Shown here: positions 8,714 through 18,767 of the stretch, one piece after another
How positions within the stretch are numbered: the first letter of the stretch is position 1
Layout of the letters: each line of letters starts with the position of its first letter
Assembly (NCBI RefSeq): GCF_014489415.1
Contig: NZ_CP060822.1
Location: forward strand, 598,311-630,310
DNA length: 32,000 bases
DNA from: Cylindrospermopsis curvispora GIHE-G1
GTDB taxonomy: Bacteria; Cyanobacteriota; Cyanobacteriia; Cyanobacteriales; Nostocaceae
Reading direction: 5' to 3'
The notes under the pieces: model-generated
The model's input: the letters and a program-made list of their open reading frames with translations, nothing else
Database searches by the model: none
What the model was told of the DNA's origin: nothing
Made by a program: the position numbers and the translations under genes

Positions 8714-11209
8714 CTAAGAATCAGGTTTGAGTCGTTCTCGCCAAGATGGTTGTCTAGCTGGGGAATTGGGAGAATTATTGACGGAATTTCTATTTTCCCC
8801 GGTTGAGGATGGGACGGTCTGCACATCATAGCGACGACGCCGTCTTCTTCTGGTGGAAGTGGTGTTCTCCTCGGTTGAAGATGGCACAGTCTGCACATCA
8901 TAGCGACGACGCCGTCTTCTTCTGGTGGAAGTGGTATTCTCCTCGGTTGAGGATGGCACAGTCTGCACATCATAGCGACGACGCCGTCTTCTTCTGGTGG
9001 AAGTGGTATTCTCCTCGGTTGAGGATGGCACAGTCTGCACATCATAGCGACGACGCCGTCTTCTTCTAGTGGAAGTATCCTGGTCTTGGTCTAATTGCCC
9101 ATAATTGCGCTCTCTTCTACGACTTTGCCTGGTAGATAAAGTACTGTCTTGAGAGTCTGAGTTATCATCACGGTTAGAAATTTTAAAGCCAGTATTTTTT
9201 TTAGAAATTGGTTGAGCCTTGATTGTAGCTTTGCGCTTTGCCACTCGGGAAGGTCGTGGAAACTTTTCCACTGTCAGGTCTTTTACTGCTCCCTCCATGA
9301 ATTTAGACCAGGTGTAAGCAGCTGTGGAACTGGAACCATAAGTGGGGCGATTGTTATCATTGCCTAGCCAAATTCCTGTTACTATTTGGGGTATGTAGCC
9401 AATAAACCATAAATCCCTTGACTCATCGGATGTACCGGTTTTCCCTGCTACTGGCCTGTCTGGCAATTGGGCGGCCCGTCCAGTACCGTTAGTCACTACA
9501 TTGGTTAACATCTTAGTCACAATACGACTGCTGTCAACATCTAAGGCTCTTTTGGGTTGGAAATTCGCACTCCAAATTACATCACCCTGACGATTAAGAA
9601 TGCGACGAATAGCGTGTGCTTCCGTATGTAAACCTTGAGTGGCAAAGGAACCATAGGCGCTGGTTAATTCTAAAAGGTTAACCTCATTAGAACCAAGAGC
9701 TAAGGAGTAGTTATGTTCTAAAGGTGATTTAATCCCCATGTCTTGGGCAATTTTAATGGTTGGCTCATAGCCAACATCTACTAGCACCTGAAGGGAAATT
9801 GTATTGATGGATAGAGCCAATGCTTCTTGCATGGTCATTAAACCACGGAATTTCTCGCTATAATTCTTAGGTTCATAACCTCTAAATGAAATTTGCCTAT
9901 CCATATATGTGTCGTTTGGATTCTTGCCCGAGGCTATAGCAGCTGCATATACAAACGTTTTAAATGTTGAACCTGGCTGTCTTTGAGCTTGGGTTACTCG
10001 GTTGAACTGAGTTTTCGCAAAATCTTTCCCCCCGACCATGACCTGAATTTCCCCATTACGAGGATTAATGGATACTAAGGCACCCTCTCGAAACCTCCCC
10101 CAGGTTCCTTCGTTTTTCAGTGTTCTTACCAGTACCTTCTCTGCCAGGTTTTGCCAATTTGGGTTTAGGCTAGTTTCTACGGTCAATCCACCCGCAGCTA
10201 AAACATCAGGTTTTAGGTACTTGGGTAGCTGCTGTTGCACGTAGGCGCAAAAATAGGGTGCAGTAACTTGAAACCGTCTGGGTAAATTAGTCTTTACTGT
10301 CAATGTTTGTTGGAGTGCAGACTGTTTTTCTTGGGGTGTAATTACTCCATCTTCCTCCATTCTTTGTAAAACCGTATTTCTTCTGGCTATAGCTCCGGGG
10401 AGATTCTTGTCGGGAGCGTAAATATTGGGTGCAGGAGCAAGACCTGCGATCGTGGCCATTTCTGACAGGTTCAGTTGATCTACTGTTTTGCCAAAATATA
10501 CCCAGCTTGCATCTGCTACTCCGTAAGCACCTGAACCTAAATAAACTAAGTTGAGATAACGTTCTAAAATCTCTTGTTTGCTCAGTTCCTCTTCTATTTT
10601 CTGGGCTAAACGCACTTCCTTGAGTTTGCGCCACAGAGTCCGCTCTTGACTGAGAAAGAGAATTCTAGCCAGTTGTTGAGTAATGGTACTACCACCTTGC
10701 ACAACATTTTGTGACTGGAAGTTACTAACAACAGCCCTAACAATTCCCTGAATGTCTACTCCGTCATGTTGTCTAAATCTTCTATCTTCTGATGCAATAA
10801 AGGCCAACTGCAGTTTGTCTGGAATCTGTTGTATTTTTAACTGTTCCCTTGTTGCTTCTCCTTGCTGCATTAAAACAGTGTTGTCCCCAGCTTTAATGGT
10901 GAGGGTTTGTTGCCTTATCATCGCATTAAGTTCTGATTTGTCTGGTAAGGAACTGTCTACTTTCCGAATACCATAATTGAAACCAATGATGGTAGTACCT
11001 AAACCTAACCCCGCCCAGAACCAAACACGCCGATAAAATGGCTTCCCACTTCTCCCAATTTTCTCTCTCACCACCAATGATAGTTGCTGAATATGCCCAA
11101 CTAACAACCTCAATTTTGGTGGCATGGTCAGGGGCGGTTTTTCATCTGTGGGATTCTCGTTTTTCTGATTATTACCAACTGGCAAGAGTAATTTCTCCTT
11201 ATCAGACAT
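8714..11209 (-). CDS. class A penicillin-binding protein (transglycosylase/transpeptidase) with an Arg-rich repeat tail
   Basis: N-terminal TM anchor. GT51 motifs EDRRFRQHDGVD, GGSTITQQLAR and RKLKE. Transpeptidase motifs STFK and KTGTS. Confidence 0.9.
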   Translation of the reverse strand: MSDKEKLLLPVGNNQKNENPTDEKPPLTMPPKLRLLVGHIQQLSLVVREKIGRSGKPFYRRVWFWAGLGLGTTIIGFNYGIRKVDSSLPDKSELNAMIRQQTLTIKAGDNTVLMQQGEATREQLKIQQIPDKLQLAFIASEDRRFRQHDGVDIQGIVRAVVSNFQSQNVVQGGSTITQQLARILFLSQERTLWRKLKEVRLAQKIEEELSKQEILERYLNLVYLGSGAYGVADASWVYFGKTVDQLNLSEMATIAGLAPAPNIYAPDKNLPGAIARRNTVLQRMEEDGVITPQEKQSALQQTLTVKTNLPRRFQVTAPYFCAYVQQQLPKYLKPDVLAAGGLTVETSLNPNWQNLAEKVLVRTLKNEGTWGRFREGALVSINPRNGEIQVMVGGKDFAKTQFNRVTQAQRQPGSTFKTFVYAAAIASGKNPNDTYMDRQISFRGYEPKNYSEKFRGLMTMQEALALSINTISLQVLVDVGYEPTIKIAQDMGIKSPLEHNYSLALGSNEVNLLELTSAYGSFATQGLHTEAHAIRRILNRQGDVIWSANFQPKRALDVDSSRIVTKMLTNVVTNGTGRAAQLPDRPVAGKTGTSDESRDLWFIGYIPQIVTGIWLGNDNNRPTYGSSSTAAYTWSKFMEGAVKDLTVEKFPRPSRVAKRKATIKAQPISKKNTGFKISNRDDNSDSQDSTLSTRQSRRRERNYGQLDQDQDTSTRRRRRRRYDVQTVPSSTEENTTSTRRRRRRRYDVQTVPSSTEENTTSTRRRRRRRYDVQTVPSSTEENTTSTRRRRRRRYDVQTVPSSTGENRNSVNNSPNSPARQPSWRERLKPDS
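8801..9077. repeat. 72-bp tandem repeat, about 3.8 copies, inside the PBP 3' end
   Basis: Units start at 8801, 8873, 8945 and 9017. Copies 2 and 3 differ at a single base. The unit encodes TSTRRRRRRRYDVQTVPSSTEENT. Confidence 0.95.
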
Positions 11210-11267
11210 AGTTTAAGTGAACTCCTGAGTCGAGTCAACCACAATAATATTAATGTAAAACTAACAA

Positions 11268-11289
11268 ATCTCTCTCTTTTGGGAGAGAG
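11268..11289 (-). terminator. candidate terminator after the TerB-like gene
   Basis: Stem ctctctctc/gggagagag of 9 bp (one G-U pair) with a tttt loop. On the minus strand it is followed by AUUUGUUAGUUUU. Confidence 0.45.
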
Positions 11290-11305
11290 TTTGGGCGAAT
11301 TTGCC

Positions 11306-11728
11306 TTAATTTTGTACATCCACCCAGCGACGGTAAAGTTTTTGAATTTTCCTGAGTAAGGAGGTGTAAATTGTTTGATTATGATCCGAGTTTTTAGCTA
11401 AATCCTGTATTCTTGTTAATAATTTAGCCTCTTCCGTGGCAACCTCACCATCACTGTAGATTAGCCCACTGATGGATTCAATTAAGTCTTGACACTGTTC
11501 CAAACTAGGGCGATCGCCTAAATACTCCCTTACCCATTGATAGCACTGATCTGGTTTAACTTGAACTAACTCGTAGAGCCAAGGTTTGATTTCTGGATCA
11601 GTAGAAAGACCCTTAGAATGGGCTATCTCTCTGAGATATTGTCTTTCCTCTGGCTGAATTCTACCATCAATCCAAGCTGCACCAATGAGAATTTTAACTA
11701 GATTTTTTACGTCGGGATGATTAACCAT
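11306..11728 (-). CDS. TerB-like (tellurite-resistance TerB family) protein
   Basis: Pattern typical of TerB-fold proteins: LIGAAWIDGRIQPEERQYL ... LIYSDGEVATEEAKLL. Confidence 0.65.
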   Translation of the reverse strand: MVNHPDVKNLVKILIGAAWIDGRIQPEERQYLREIAHSKGLSTDPEIKPWLYELVQVKPDQCYQWVREYLGDRPSLEQCQDLIESISGLIYSDGEVATEEAKLLTRIQDLAKNSDHNQTIYTSLLRKIQKLYRRWVDVQN

Positions 11729-11791
11729 TTTGCCTCCTCCAGTAGATTCGGACTCTGGTTAAATGGTACAATAGTTGGGCATATTTTAACT

Positions 11792-13132
11792 CTAATCCTT
11801 GTTTTTTCTTAAACGCACTAAGAAGAAACCGTCCATATTCTGTTGGTGTGGCCACAGCTTTAACCATCCAGGGGAGGAAACATCCAGAAAATCAAAGTTC
11901 GGCTTTTCCATCTCCCACTGGGGATTAACATGCAAAAATTCTCTAACTAGGTCCTCGTTCTCCTGGGGATGCAAGGTGCAAGTAGCATACACCAAAACTC
12001 CTCCCGGCTTGACAAAGTTGGCAGTATAGGATATGAGTTCTTTTTGTATGTGGGCAAGATCTCCTACAGAGCTAGGGTTTTGTCGCCATCGTGCATCAGC
12101 GTGACGATGCATGGTCCCTAAACCAGAACAGGGAGCATCTAACAGTACCCGGTCAGCCACATGGTGGAATTTGGTCAAATTACGACTGTCTCCAGGAAAA
12201 ATTTCAATAGATTGCAAACGGAGACGTTGGGCATTTTCAGTGAGTTTACGTAAGCGAGAAGGAGTGCGATCGCAGGCATATATTTTGCCATTATCGCCCA
12301 TTAATTCGGCAATGTGGGTAGTTTTTCCACCGGGGGCGGCACAAACATCAATGATCACCTCACCAGGCTTAGGATCCAGCAAATGACCAACTAACTGGGC
12401 CCCAGCATCTTGTATGCACCACCATCCCTCAGTGAACCCCGGTAAATTTTGAATTGGTCCAGCAGGGCCCACTAACCTTAACCCCTGGGGTAAGTGGGGT
12501 ATCCTATCCACCAAAATACCAGCCTTTTTAAAAACTGATTCCACCATTTTCACGGAAGCTCGAAGAGGATTTACCCGTAAATCAATCGTGGGAGTTTGAT
12601 TCATCCACTGACAGAGTTTTTCCGTTTCTTCCTGGCCCAATTGTGATAACCAAACCTCAATTACCCAATTGGGAAAGCTGTATAAAATACCTAGTCTTTC
12701 TACCAAATTTTCCGGGAGGATCAGGGGATCAGAGGTCTTTTCTAAAAGACGTATATATTGGCGCAAAAAACCATTCACAAAACCAGTTAACCCAAAGAAG
12801 CCATTTTCTTTTGCCAGTTGTACAGTAGTATTGACAGCAGCAGAAACGGGTATTTTTTGTTGGTAACGCAGTTGATACAAACCCAGATGCAAAATACATC
12901 GCAGATCCCTTGGCTGTTGTTGTGATTTTTTATCAGCAATTTGGTCAATGATTGCATCTAAGCTGCGTTGTCTCCTCACACTACCGTAGACCAATTCTGT
13001 CATTAATCGTCGGTCATGATCAGATAACTTAAACTTCTTTAAAGTGCGATCGATAGCAGTATCAGCATAGGCTCCTCGGTGTACTTCTCTGAGAGCAGTA
13101 AATGCTATTTGTCGAGTAGATAGTGTATTCAT
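11792..13132 (-). CDS. rsmB: 16S rRNA (cytosine967-C5)-methyltransferase
   Basis: NusB-like N-terminal domain followed by SAM-methyltransferase motifs DVCAAPGGKT, DAPCSGLGT and YATCTL. Confidence 0.9.
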   Translation of the reverse strand: MNTLSTRQIAFTALREVHRGAYADTAIDRTLKKFKLSDHDRRLMTELVYGSVRRQRSLDAIIDQIADKKSQQQPRDLRCILHLGLYQLRYQQKIPVSAAVNTTVQLAKENGFFGLTGFVNGFLRQYIRLLEKTSDPLILPENLVERLGILYSFPNWVIEVWLSQLGQEETEKLCQWMNQTPTIDLRVNPLRASVKMVESVFKKAGILVDRIPHLPQGLRLVGPAGPIQNLPGFTEGWWCIQDAGAQLVGHLLDPKPGEVIIDVCAAPGGKTTHIAELMGDNGKIYACDRTPSRLRKLTENAQRLRLQSIEIFPGDSRNLTKFHHVADRVLLDAPCSGLGTMHRHADARWRQNPSSVGDLAHIQKELISYTANFVKPGGVLVYATCTLHPQENEDLVREFLHVNPQWEMEKPNFDFLDVSSPGWLKLWPHQQNMDGFFLVRLRKNKD

Positions 13133-13170
13133 AAAAGGATCCTTAAACCATCTTTAACATGCACGGAACA

Positions 13171-13197
13171 AAGGGAATTGCCCTAGGCAATTCCCTT
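13171..13197 (-). terminator. strong hairpin between the lipoprotein gene and rsmB
   Basis: aagggaattgcc-cta-ggcaattccctt forms a perfect 12-bp stem. The minus-strand downstream tail UUGUUCCG is only weakly U-rich. Confidence 0.45.
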
Positions 13198-13231
13198 ATT
13201 GCACGGTTGTCAAAGGTGCTGTGATATTGAT

Positions 13232-14092
13232 TTATCTTCTTCTGCTACCAAAACCGCCAGAGCGCCGAATGCCAGAAGAACGAGATCCGCTACCAAAACT
13301 ACTACCAGAATTGCGCCGCAGAGAGCTGGACCCCCCGGATGAACGGAGATTACTACCCCCAAAGCCAGATCCGGTGGCTCTACCACCAGTATTAGTCCGA
13401 TTTGTCAATCCACTATTTGATCTAAGAGATCCCGTAGTGCGGAAAACCGTACGATTTCTCACAGCTGCAGGTGGTTGATTATAGCGACTTTGATAACTAG
13501 AAACTGCTGCATTATAGGTAGAACCATATCCACCATGACCATAAATACCACCAGGTTGATAAGCGGGGGGTACGTAGTACTGAGGTCTGAATAACATATT
13601 ACCAATAGCTTGACCCGCTATATTACCAGCTACAGCAGCTGCGAAAGGAGTCCAGAAACTAGACTCTTGACGGACAAAAACCGTTTCCTGCTGTCCGGTT
13701 TGAGGATTACTTCTGGTTTCGGTAACATTATGGACATACTCAATTTTAAAGTCTTCGGTTATATATAAGGCTGGTTGTCCATTTTCCACCTTTAAATAAC
13801 TTTTTTTGCCTTCTTTGACCTCCTCGTCAGTTAAACGAGCCATTTGTAGTTTCTCTGTGGCAAAAGTTGGTGGTTGATTGCCTAGTAAAAATAGGGTATA
13901 CTCACCATTGGCATCGTTATAAGTAACCTGTTGTACTTGATACTGTCCATCATTGAGTTTAGTGGGGGTTGCACTTTGACTACCATTGGAATAAGTGGTA
14001 TTTTGGGAAGCTCCCCCACAAGCAATGGTTGTTAAGCACAAAGTTAGGGCTAAACAAACAATTGTCAGTTTACGCATTATAGTCTTGACCAT
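13232..14092 (-). CDS. putative lipoprotein with a Gly/Ser/Arg-rich C-terminal tail
   Basis: Lipobox LTTIAC after MVKTIMRKLTIVCLALTL. The last ~65 aa are low complexity (GSGFGGSNLRSSGGSSSLRRNSGSSFGSGSRSSGIRRSGGFGSRRR). The start could be 14092 or 14077. Confidence 0.6.
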   Translation of the reverse strand: MVKTIMRKLTIVCLALTLCLTTIACGGASQNTTYSNGSQSATPTKLNDGQYQVQQVTYNDANGEYTLFLLGNQPPTFATEKLQMARLTDEEVKEGKKSYLKVENGQPALYITEDFKIEYVHNVTETRSNPQTGQQETVFVRQESSFWTPFAAAVAGNIAGQAIGNMLFRPQYYVPPAYQPGGIYGHGGYGSTYNAAVSSYQSRYNQPPAAVRNRTVFRTTGSLRSNSGLTNRTNTGGRATGSGFGGSNLRSSGGSSSLRRNSGSSFGSGSRSSGIRRSGGFGSRRR

Positions 14093-14157
14093 TTGAATAA
14101 TTTGATTTTTCCAGGGGGTTATTTTTGATTGCCAATAACTCAAGGTTAACAAGAAAC

Positions 14158-14745
14158 TTAGAGAGGAATCAACTCTGGATAATATTCTAACAAATGATCA
14201 TCTGTCAGTTCATCGCCTAAACGTGCAGGCGAGAAATGAACTTGGATGGCTCTAAGTTTATTTTGGTAGTGTAAGTTAACTAATGATTTTAATCCAGCTT
14301 TCAAGGAAGAAATCTGGGCCAGATTTGTTTCTATTTCTGGCACTTCACCTTCAAAAGCAACTGTGAGCATTACCAGCACATTCCGGGTAACGGGAATAGA
14401 TACCACCTGACCTGGACTGGAACCATTATCCAGGTCAGCTCCATATCTCCCCGCAGAATCAGTAAATAATTCATTTACATAGTCTCCCGCTTCTCCCTCG
14501 TTCCAGAATACATCTCCCTCATTACCAGCAGCAACCCAGCACTGGTCATATCTCAAAAGGGTTTCACATACTGTGACTAGTTGCTCTCCTAGTGATTTTA
14601 AATCACCTTCAGCATCTATTGCTTCTCTAGCAGCCCCATTTAAGACTCCTAAAATTGGTGCCACTTCCTGTCCATGCAGGTGCAAAAATATACGGGAAAC
14701 TACGTAACGTGTTCTACCGATAAATTTATTAAATAAATTAGTCAT
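14158..14745 (-). CDS. conserved hypothetical protein resembling the C-terminal soluble part of DUF1517 proteins
   Basis: As I recall it, the C-terminal block IQVHFSPARLGDELTDDHLLEYYPEL resembles the DUF1517 ending (V.WTPq..gD.Ls.deLl..YPeL). The ATG at 14745 is preferred over the TTG at 14754. Confidence 0.5.
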   Translation of the reverse strand: MTNLFNKFIGRTRYVVSRIFLHLHGQEVAPILGVLNGAAREAIDAEGDLKSLGEQLVTVCETLLRYDQCWVAAGNEGDVFWNEGEAGDYVNELFTDSAGRYGADLDNGSSPGQVVSIPVTRNVLVMLTVAFEGEVPEIETNLAQISSLKAGLKSLVNLHYQNKLRAIQVHFSPARLGDELTDDHLLEYYPELIPL

Positions 14746-14901
14746 TTTTTTCAAAGTTTACAATCCCTACCCCCATTATAGGGCCATACGCTGAAAAACG
14801 CTAGATCTTAGGCATCCGTTTAAATAGTTCTATTAAAGGAGATAGTTTCAGCAGTATAAGGTAAAAGTAAAAAATATATATATTTATGATGATTTATCAT
14901 A

Positions 14902-15429
14902 TTACCTAGCTATTCTGTATTGATATTCTGTTTCGCTAATGAGGTCTTGGGGAGATTCCACACGCTCTAAAAATACTAAACCTTCTAAATGATCATACTC
15001 ATGTTGAAAAATTCTTGCCACGAAGTTGACTAACTCCTGTTTTTGAAAATTACCATTTCTATCAGTATATTCTACTTGAATTCTTTCATACCTGGGGACT
15101 AAACCTCTGATTCCTGGAACACTTAAACAACCTTCCCATCCTTTGGTAATTTCCGTCCCATAACTAACTATTTTAGGATTAATCATTGCCGTTGGCTCCA
15201 TTTCTGGTGCATGGGGATATCTAGGATTGGGACGGGAAGCTACAATAAATAGGCGCAATGACTGGGCTACTTGGGGTGCAGCAATGCCCACACCATTGGC
15301 CTGGGCAACTGTGGTTATTAAATGATCAATTAGTTGTTGTATTTCCCGATCATTAATCCCTTCAATTTCTGCAGCTTTTTGCCGCAATAGGGGATTGCCC
15401 AATTGAATAATTGATGATTTATCAGTCAT
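14902..15429 (-). CDS. def: peptide deformylase
   Basis: Three canonical motifs: GIAAPQV, EGCLSVPG and QHEYDHLEG. Confidence 0.93.
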   Translation of the reverse strand: MTDKSSIIQLGNPLLRQKAAEIEGINDREIQQLIDHLITTVAQANGVGIAAPQVAQSLRLFIVASRPNPRYPHAPEMEPTAMINPKIVSYGTEITKGWEGCLSVPGIRGLVPRYERIQVEYTDRNGNFQKQELVNFVARIFQHEYDHLEGLVFLERVESPQDLISETEYQYRIAR

Positions 15430-15505
15430 ATTTTAACTTCCTATTTCCTACTATTAATTACTCTACTCAGTAGTATAGCATGTTATTTAAGCCCATGCTG
15501 GAAAA

Positions 15506-16684
15506 CTATCTTCGGGATCTTATCGGTAAAGATCCTGGCTCAACAGCTAAATTTACAGTTGTACCATTACGCTCCACTTCTATTGTCAGAGGAGTTCCAA
15601 TTTGACTATTTTCTACTATTTTTTGCACTTCTTCAACTTTAGTAATTAATTGTTTGTTAATACTCTTAATTATATCCCCTGCTCTCAATCCTCCCCGCGC
15701 TGCTGGTGATTGAGGAACAATTCTAACTAAGAATACTCCTTTATCAGTAATAATATTGACCCTATCACCAAATCTACTAACTATTCTATCTTTAATCTCA
15801 GGAGTGAGGGTGATCATTTCTACTCCCAAATAAGGATGATCAACGCGACCATTGGCAATTAATTCTTGGGCAATTTTTTTGACCGTGTTAATGGGAATAG
15901 CAAAACCTAAACCTTGAGCACCTTGAATAATCGCAGTGTTCATGCCTATAGCTTCTCCGCGAGCATTTAAAAGCGGACCACCGGAATTACCTGGATTAAT
16001 CGCTGCATCAGTTTGTAAGTAATCTACCCGTTTATCGCTAGCACCAATGTCAGTGCTAGACCGATCTGTGGCGCTGATAATGCCAGAAGTTACGGTATTA
16101 TTTAAACCCAGGGGATTACCAATAGCAATTACTGCTTCTCCAGGTTGTAAATCACTGGAATTACCTAGAGTTAAAGTGGGTAGATTTTTAGCATTAATTT
16201 GAATAACTGCCACGTCTGTAACTGCATCTTCTCCCAAAACCTTACCATCAAAACTACGTCCATCTTTCAGGGTTACTGTTACCTGATCCGCACCGTCTAC
16301 CACGTGGGAATTAGTTAAAATTTGACCGGAGGCATTAATGATAAATCCTGAACCACTACCTCTTTCTACCCTTTGTTCTGGTCGGGGAAGAGCATCACCA
16401 AAAAATCTACGTAAGAATGGGTCGGAAAACTCCTCTGGCACTTGAGAGGTGACGGTTCTGGCAGAATCAATACGGACAACCGCACTTCCCACTTTTTGCA
16501 CTACTTGAACAATAAAATTGGGATCACCACCAACAGGATCTACTACCACAGTGTTGGACTTGGTGGTTGATTCAACTTGAGGGTTGATTTTTTGTGGTGT
16601 GAGATTTCTGCTGTTTAAATTGGAGCAGCCTGTCACAAGTACGATTAGTCCAGTCATCAATATTGAGCGTTTTAATTGGGCCAT
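15506..16684 (-). CDS. HtrA/Deg-family serine protease with a PDZ domain
   Basis: Catalytic-triad contexts TNSHVV, DVAVI and GNSGGPLLN, followed by a C-terminal PDZ domain. The start at MAQLKRS gives a lipoprotein-like signal (LVTGCS). An alternative ATG lies at 16723. Confidence 0.88.
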   Translation of the reverse strand: MAQLKRSILMTGLIVLVTGCSNLNSRNLTPQKINPQVESTTKSNTVVVDPVGGDPNFIVQVVQKVGSAVVRIDSARTVTSQVPEEFSDPFLRRFFGDALPRPEQRVERGSGSGFIINASGQILTNSHVVDGADQVTVTLKDGRSFDGKVLGEDAVTDVAVIQINAKNLPTLTLGNSSDLQPGEAVIAIGNPLGLNNTVTSGIISATDRSSTDIGASDKRVDYLQTDAAINPGNSGGPLLNARGEAIGMNTAIIQGAQGLGFAIPINTVKKIAQELIANGRVDHPYLGVEMITLTPEIKDRIVSRFGDRVNIITDKGVFLVRIVPQSPAARGGLRAGDIIKSINKQLITKVEEVQKIVENSQIGTPLTIEVERNGTTVNLAVEPGSLPIRSRR

Positions 16685-16817
16685 GGAAGGATGAATGATA
16701 GGAGAAAATAGGTAATTGATCATGAATTTTGTGGTCGAGCTGGTGGGGGGTTGGAAGCATAAGCTAGGATAGCGGAAAATTTGCTAGGATGATCCATCAC
16801 TATCTGTGTTCAGATTT

Positions 16818-17966
16818 ATGAAATTAATTTGCTCTCAAAGCGATCTTAGTACCAATCTTGCCCTGGTCAGTCGTGCAGTGCCATCTAGACCTACCCATCC
16901 CATATTAGCTAATGTACTTTTACAAGCAGATGTAAAGACGAACCAAGTTAGTTTAACAGCTTTTGATTTAAGCTTAGGTATTCGTACTAGTTTCACTGCG
17001 GAGGTGATAGAAGGTGGAGCAGTTGCTCTCCCTGCTAAAATCTTAGTAGATATTACTTCCCGCTTACCAGAGGGGGATATTACTCTGGATGACCAATCAG
17101 GAGACTCTACAGCAGAGGGTATCAATTTTATTCTAAAGCCTAAAAATGGTAAGTATGAACTTAGGTCCATGGGGGCAGAAGAATTTCCTGAATTACCCTT
17201 AATTGAGAATTCCAATCCTATTCAAATAACCACTGCGGCTCTAGTTGAGGGATTAAAAGGTTCATTATTTGCTACCAGTAGTGATGAAACCAAGCAGGTT
17301 CTAACGGGAGTACACTTAACAGTTAAACAGGATGTTTTGGAATTTGCTGCTACGGATGGACATCGGTTGGCGGTTTTAGAAACCATTAATGAACGTCCCC
17401 TGGAAAATGATGAACAACTGGAAGTGACTGTACCTGCTAGAGCACTACGAGAATTACAAAGAATGCTAAATCATAGTGCTTCAGAAGAAGCAGTGTCTTT
17501 GTACTTAGATGAAGGTCAAATAGTATTTGCTTGGCAAAATCAACGTTTAACCAGTCGCACCTTGGAGGGTCAATACCCTTCCTATAGACAATTAATACCT
17601 CGTCAGTTTGAAAGACAACTAGTGTTGGAAAGGAAGCAATTTATTAGCACTTTGGAACGAATTGCCATATTAGCTGACCAGAAAAACAATATTGTTAAAA
17701 TCAGTATGAATACTGGAGACCAGGAAATTACTTTATCTTGTGAAGCCCAAGATGTGGGTAATGCCACTGAGTCTATGCCCGCACAAATTTCTGGCGACGA
17801 TATTGATATTGCCTTTAATGTCAAGTATTTACTGGAAGGATTGAAGGAATTACCATCTACGGAAATTCAGATGCACTTGAATCAAAATCTCACCCCGGTA
17901 ATTTTTACTCCGTTAGGTGGTTTAAAAATGACCTATTTAGCTATGCCCGTACAGTTGAGAAATTAA
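16818..17966 (+). CDS. dnaN: DNA polymerase III subunit beta (sliding clamp)
   Basis: The N-terminus MKLICSQSDLSTNLALVSRAV..RPTHPILANVLL and the overall length are typical of DnaN. The C-terminal MPVQL is typical of clamps. Confidence 0.92.
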   Translation: MKLICSQSDLSTNLALVSRAVPSRPTHPILANVLLQADVKTNQVSLTAFDLSLGIRTSFTAEVIEGGAVALPAKILVDITSRLPEGDITLDDQSGDSTAEGINFILKPKNGKYELRSMGAEEFPELPLIENSNPIQITTAALVEGLKGSLFATSSDETKQVLTGVHLTVKQDVLEFAATDGHRLAVLETINERPLENDEQLEVTVPARALRELQRMLNHSASEEAVSLYLDEGQIVFAWQNQRLTSRTLEGQYPSYRQLIPRQFERQLVLERKQFISTLERIAILADQKNNIVKISMNTGDQEITLSCEAQDVGNATESMPAQISGDDIDIAFNVKYLLEGLKELPSTEIQMHLNQNLTPVIFTPLGGLKMTYLAMPVQLRN

Positions 17967-18087
17967 ATTTGGTAGTCAACTACTCAAAATCGTAATGACT
18001 GTGATATAGTTTGGATAGACTGTAACTAAACTGTCACAAAACCCACGCCGAAAATTTGATATAATGTGCTGAAGGAGAAGTACTTTA

Positions 18088-18678
18088 ATGACTAGTCTTC
18101 GTGTTGGCCAACAGGCTCCCGATTTTACAGCCACAGCTGTGGTAGACCAGGAATTTAAGGCTGTCAAACTTGCTGAATATCGTGGCAAGTATGTGGTCTT
18201 GTTTTTCTATCCCTTGGATTTTACCTTTGTTTGCCCCACTGAGATCACAGCATTTAGCGATCGCTACGAAGAGTTTAAGAAATTGAACACAGAGGTATTA
18301 GGTGTTTCTGTGGATAGTGAATTTTCTCACTTGGCGTGGATTCAAACAGACCGCAAATCTGGTGGTGTTGGCGATTTAAACTATCCCCTGGTTTCGGATA
18401 TTAAAAAAGAAATTAGCAGTGCTTACAATGTTCTTGACCCCGATGCGGGTATTTCTTTGCGTGGTTTGTTTATCATTGACAAGGACGGGGTTATTCAACA
18501 CGCTACCATAAATAACTTGGCTTTTGGTCGCAGTGTGGATGAGACTTTGCGTACTTTGCAAGCAATTCAGCATGTACAATCACATCCAGATGAAGTTTGT
18601 CCAGCTGGCTGGCAACCGGGAGAAAAGACCATGATTCCCGATCCTGTGAAGTCCAAAGTGTACTTTGCAGCAGTATAG
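18088..18678 (+). CDS. typical 2-Cys peroxiredoxin
   Basis: Peroxidatic Cys in [14 protein letters not shown] and resolving Cys in EVCPAGW. Confidence 0.93.
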   Translation: MTSLRVGQQAPDFTATAVVDQEFKAVKLAEYRGKYVVLFFYPLDFTFVCPTEITAFSDRYEEFKKLNTEVLGVSVDSEFSHLAWIQTDRKSGGVGDLNYPLVSDIKKEISSAYNVLDPDAGISLRGLFIIDKDGVIQHATINNLAFGRSVDETLRTLQAIQHVQSHPDEVCPAGWQPGEKTMIPDPVKSKVYFAAV

Positions 18679-18688
18679 AGTAAAATAG

Positions 18689-18714
18689 ACCAGCGGAGGA
18701 ATTTTTCCGCTGGT
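18689..18714. terminator. bidirectional terminator hairpin between convergent genes
   Basis: Perfect 9-bp stem accagcgga/tccgctggt with an 8-nt loop. T-rich sequence follows on both strands. Confidence 0.6.
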
Positions 18715-18767
18715 TATTCTTGACTTTAGAAGCCCACACTCACCTGTAAGGGAGTGTGTGGAGTATG

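Noticed and set aside
8692-9069. ORFs 8692-9045 (-) and 8803-9069 (+) with internally repetitive proteins
   Set aside because: They are alternative-frame readings of the 72-bp tandem repeat inside the PBP gene. The PBP frame is continuous with a well-supported enzyme.
8801-9077. Tandem repeats (here and at 19339-19478) considered as CRISPR-like arrays
   Set aside because: The units are directly adjacent with no spacers and are in frame within coding sequence.
16724-16817. Possible oriC upstream of dnaN
   Set aside because: The intergenic region is under 100 bp, and I see no cluster of TTTTCCACA-type DnaA boxes, only weak partial matches. There is also no AT-rich unwinding region.
17997-18066. 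Three (G)ACTGT direct repeats and a TGnTATAAT-like extended -10 (18057-18065) upstream of the peroxiredoxin gene
   Set aside because: The -10 is plausible, but the implied leader is very short and the repeats are only 5-6 nt. That is too weak to call a regulator site without comparative data.
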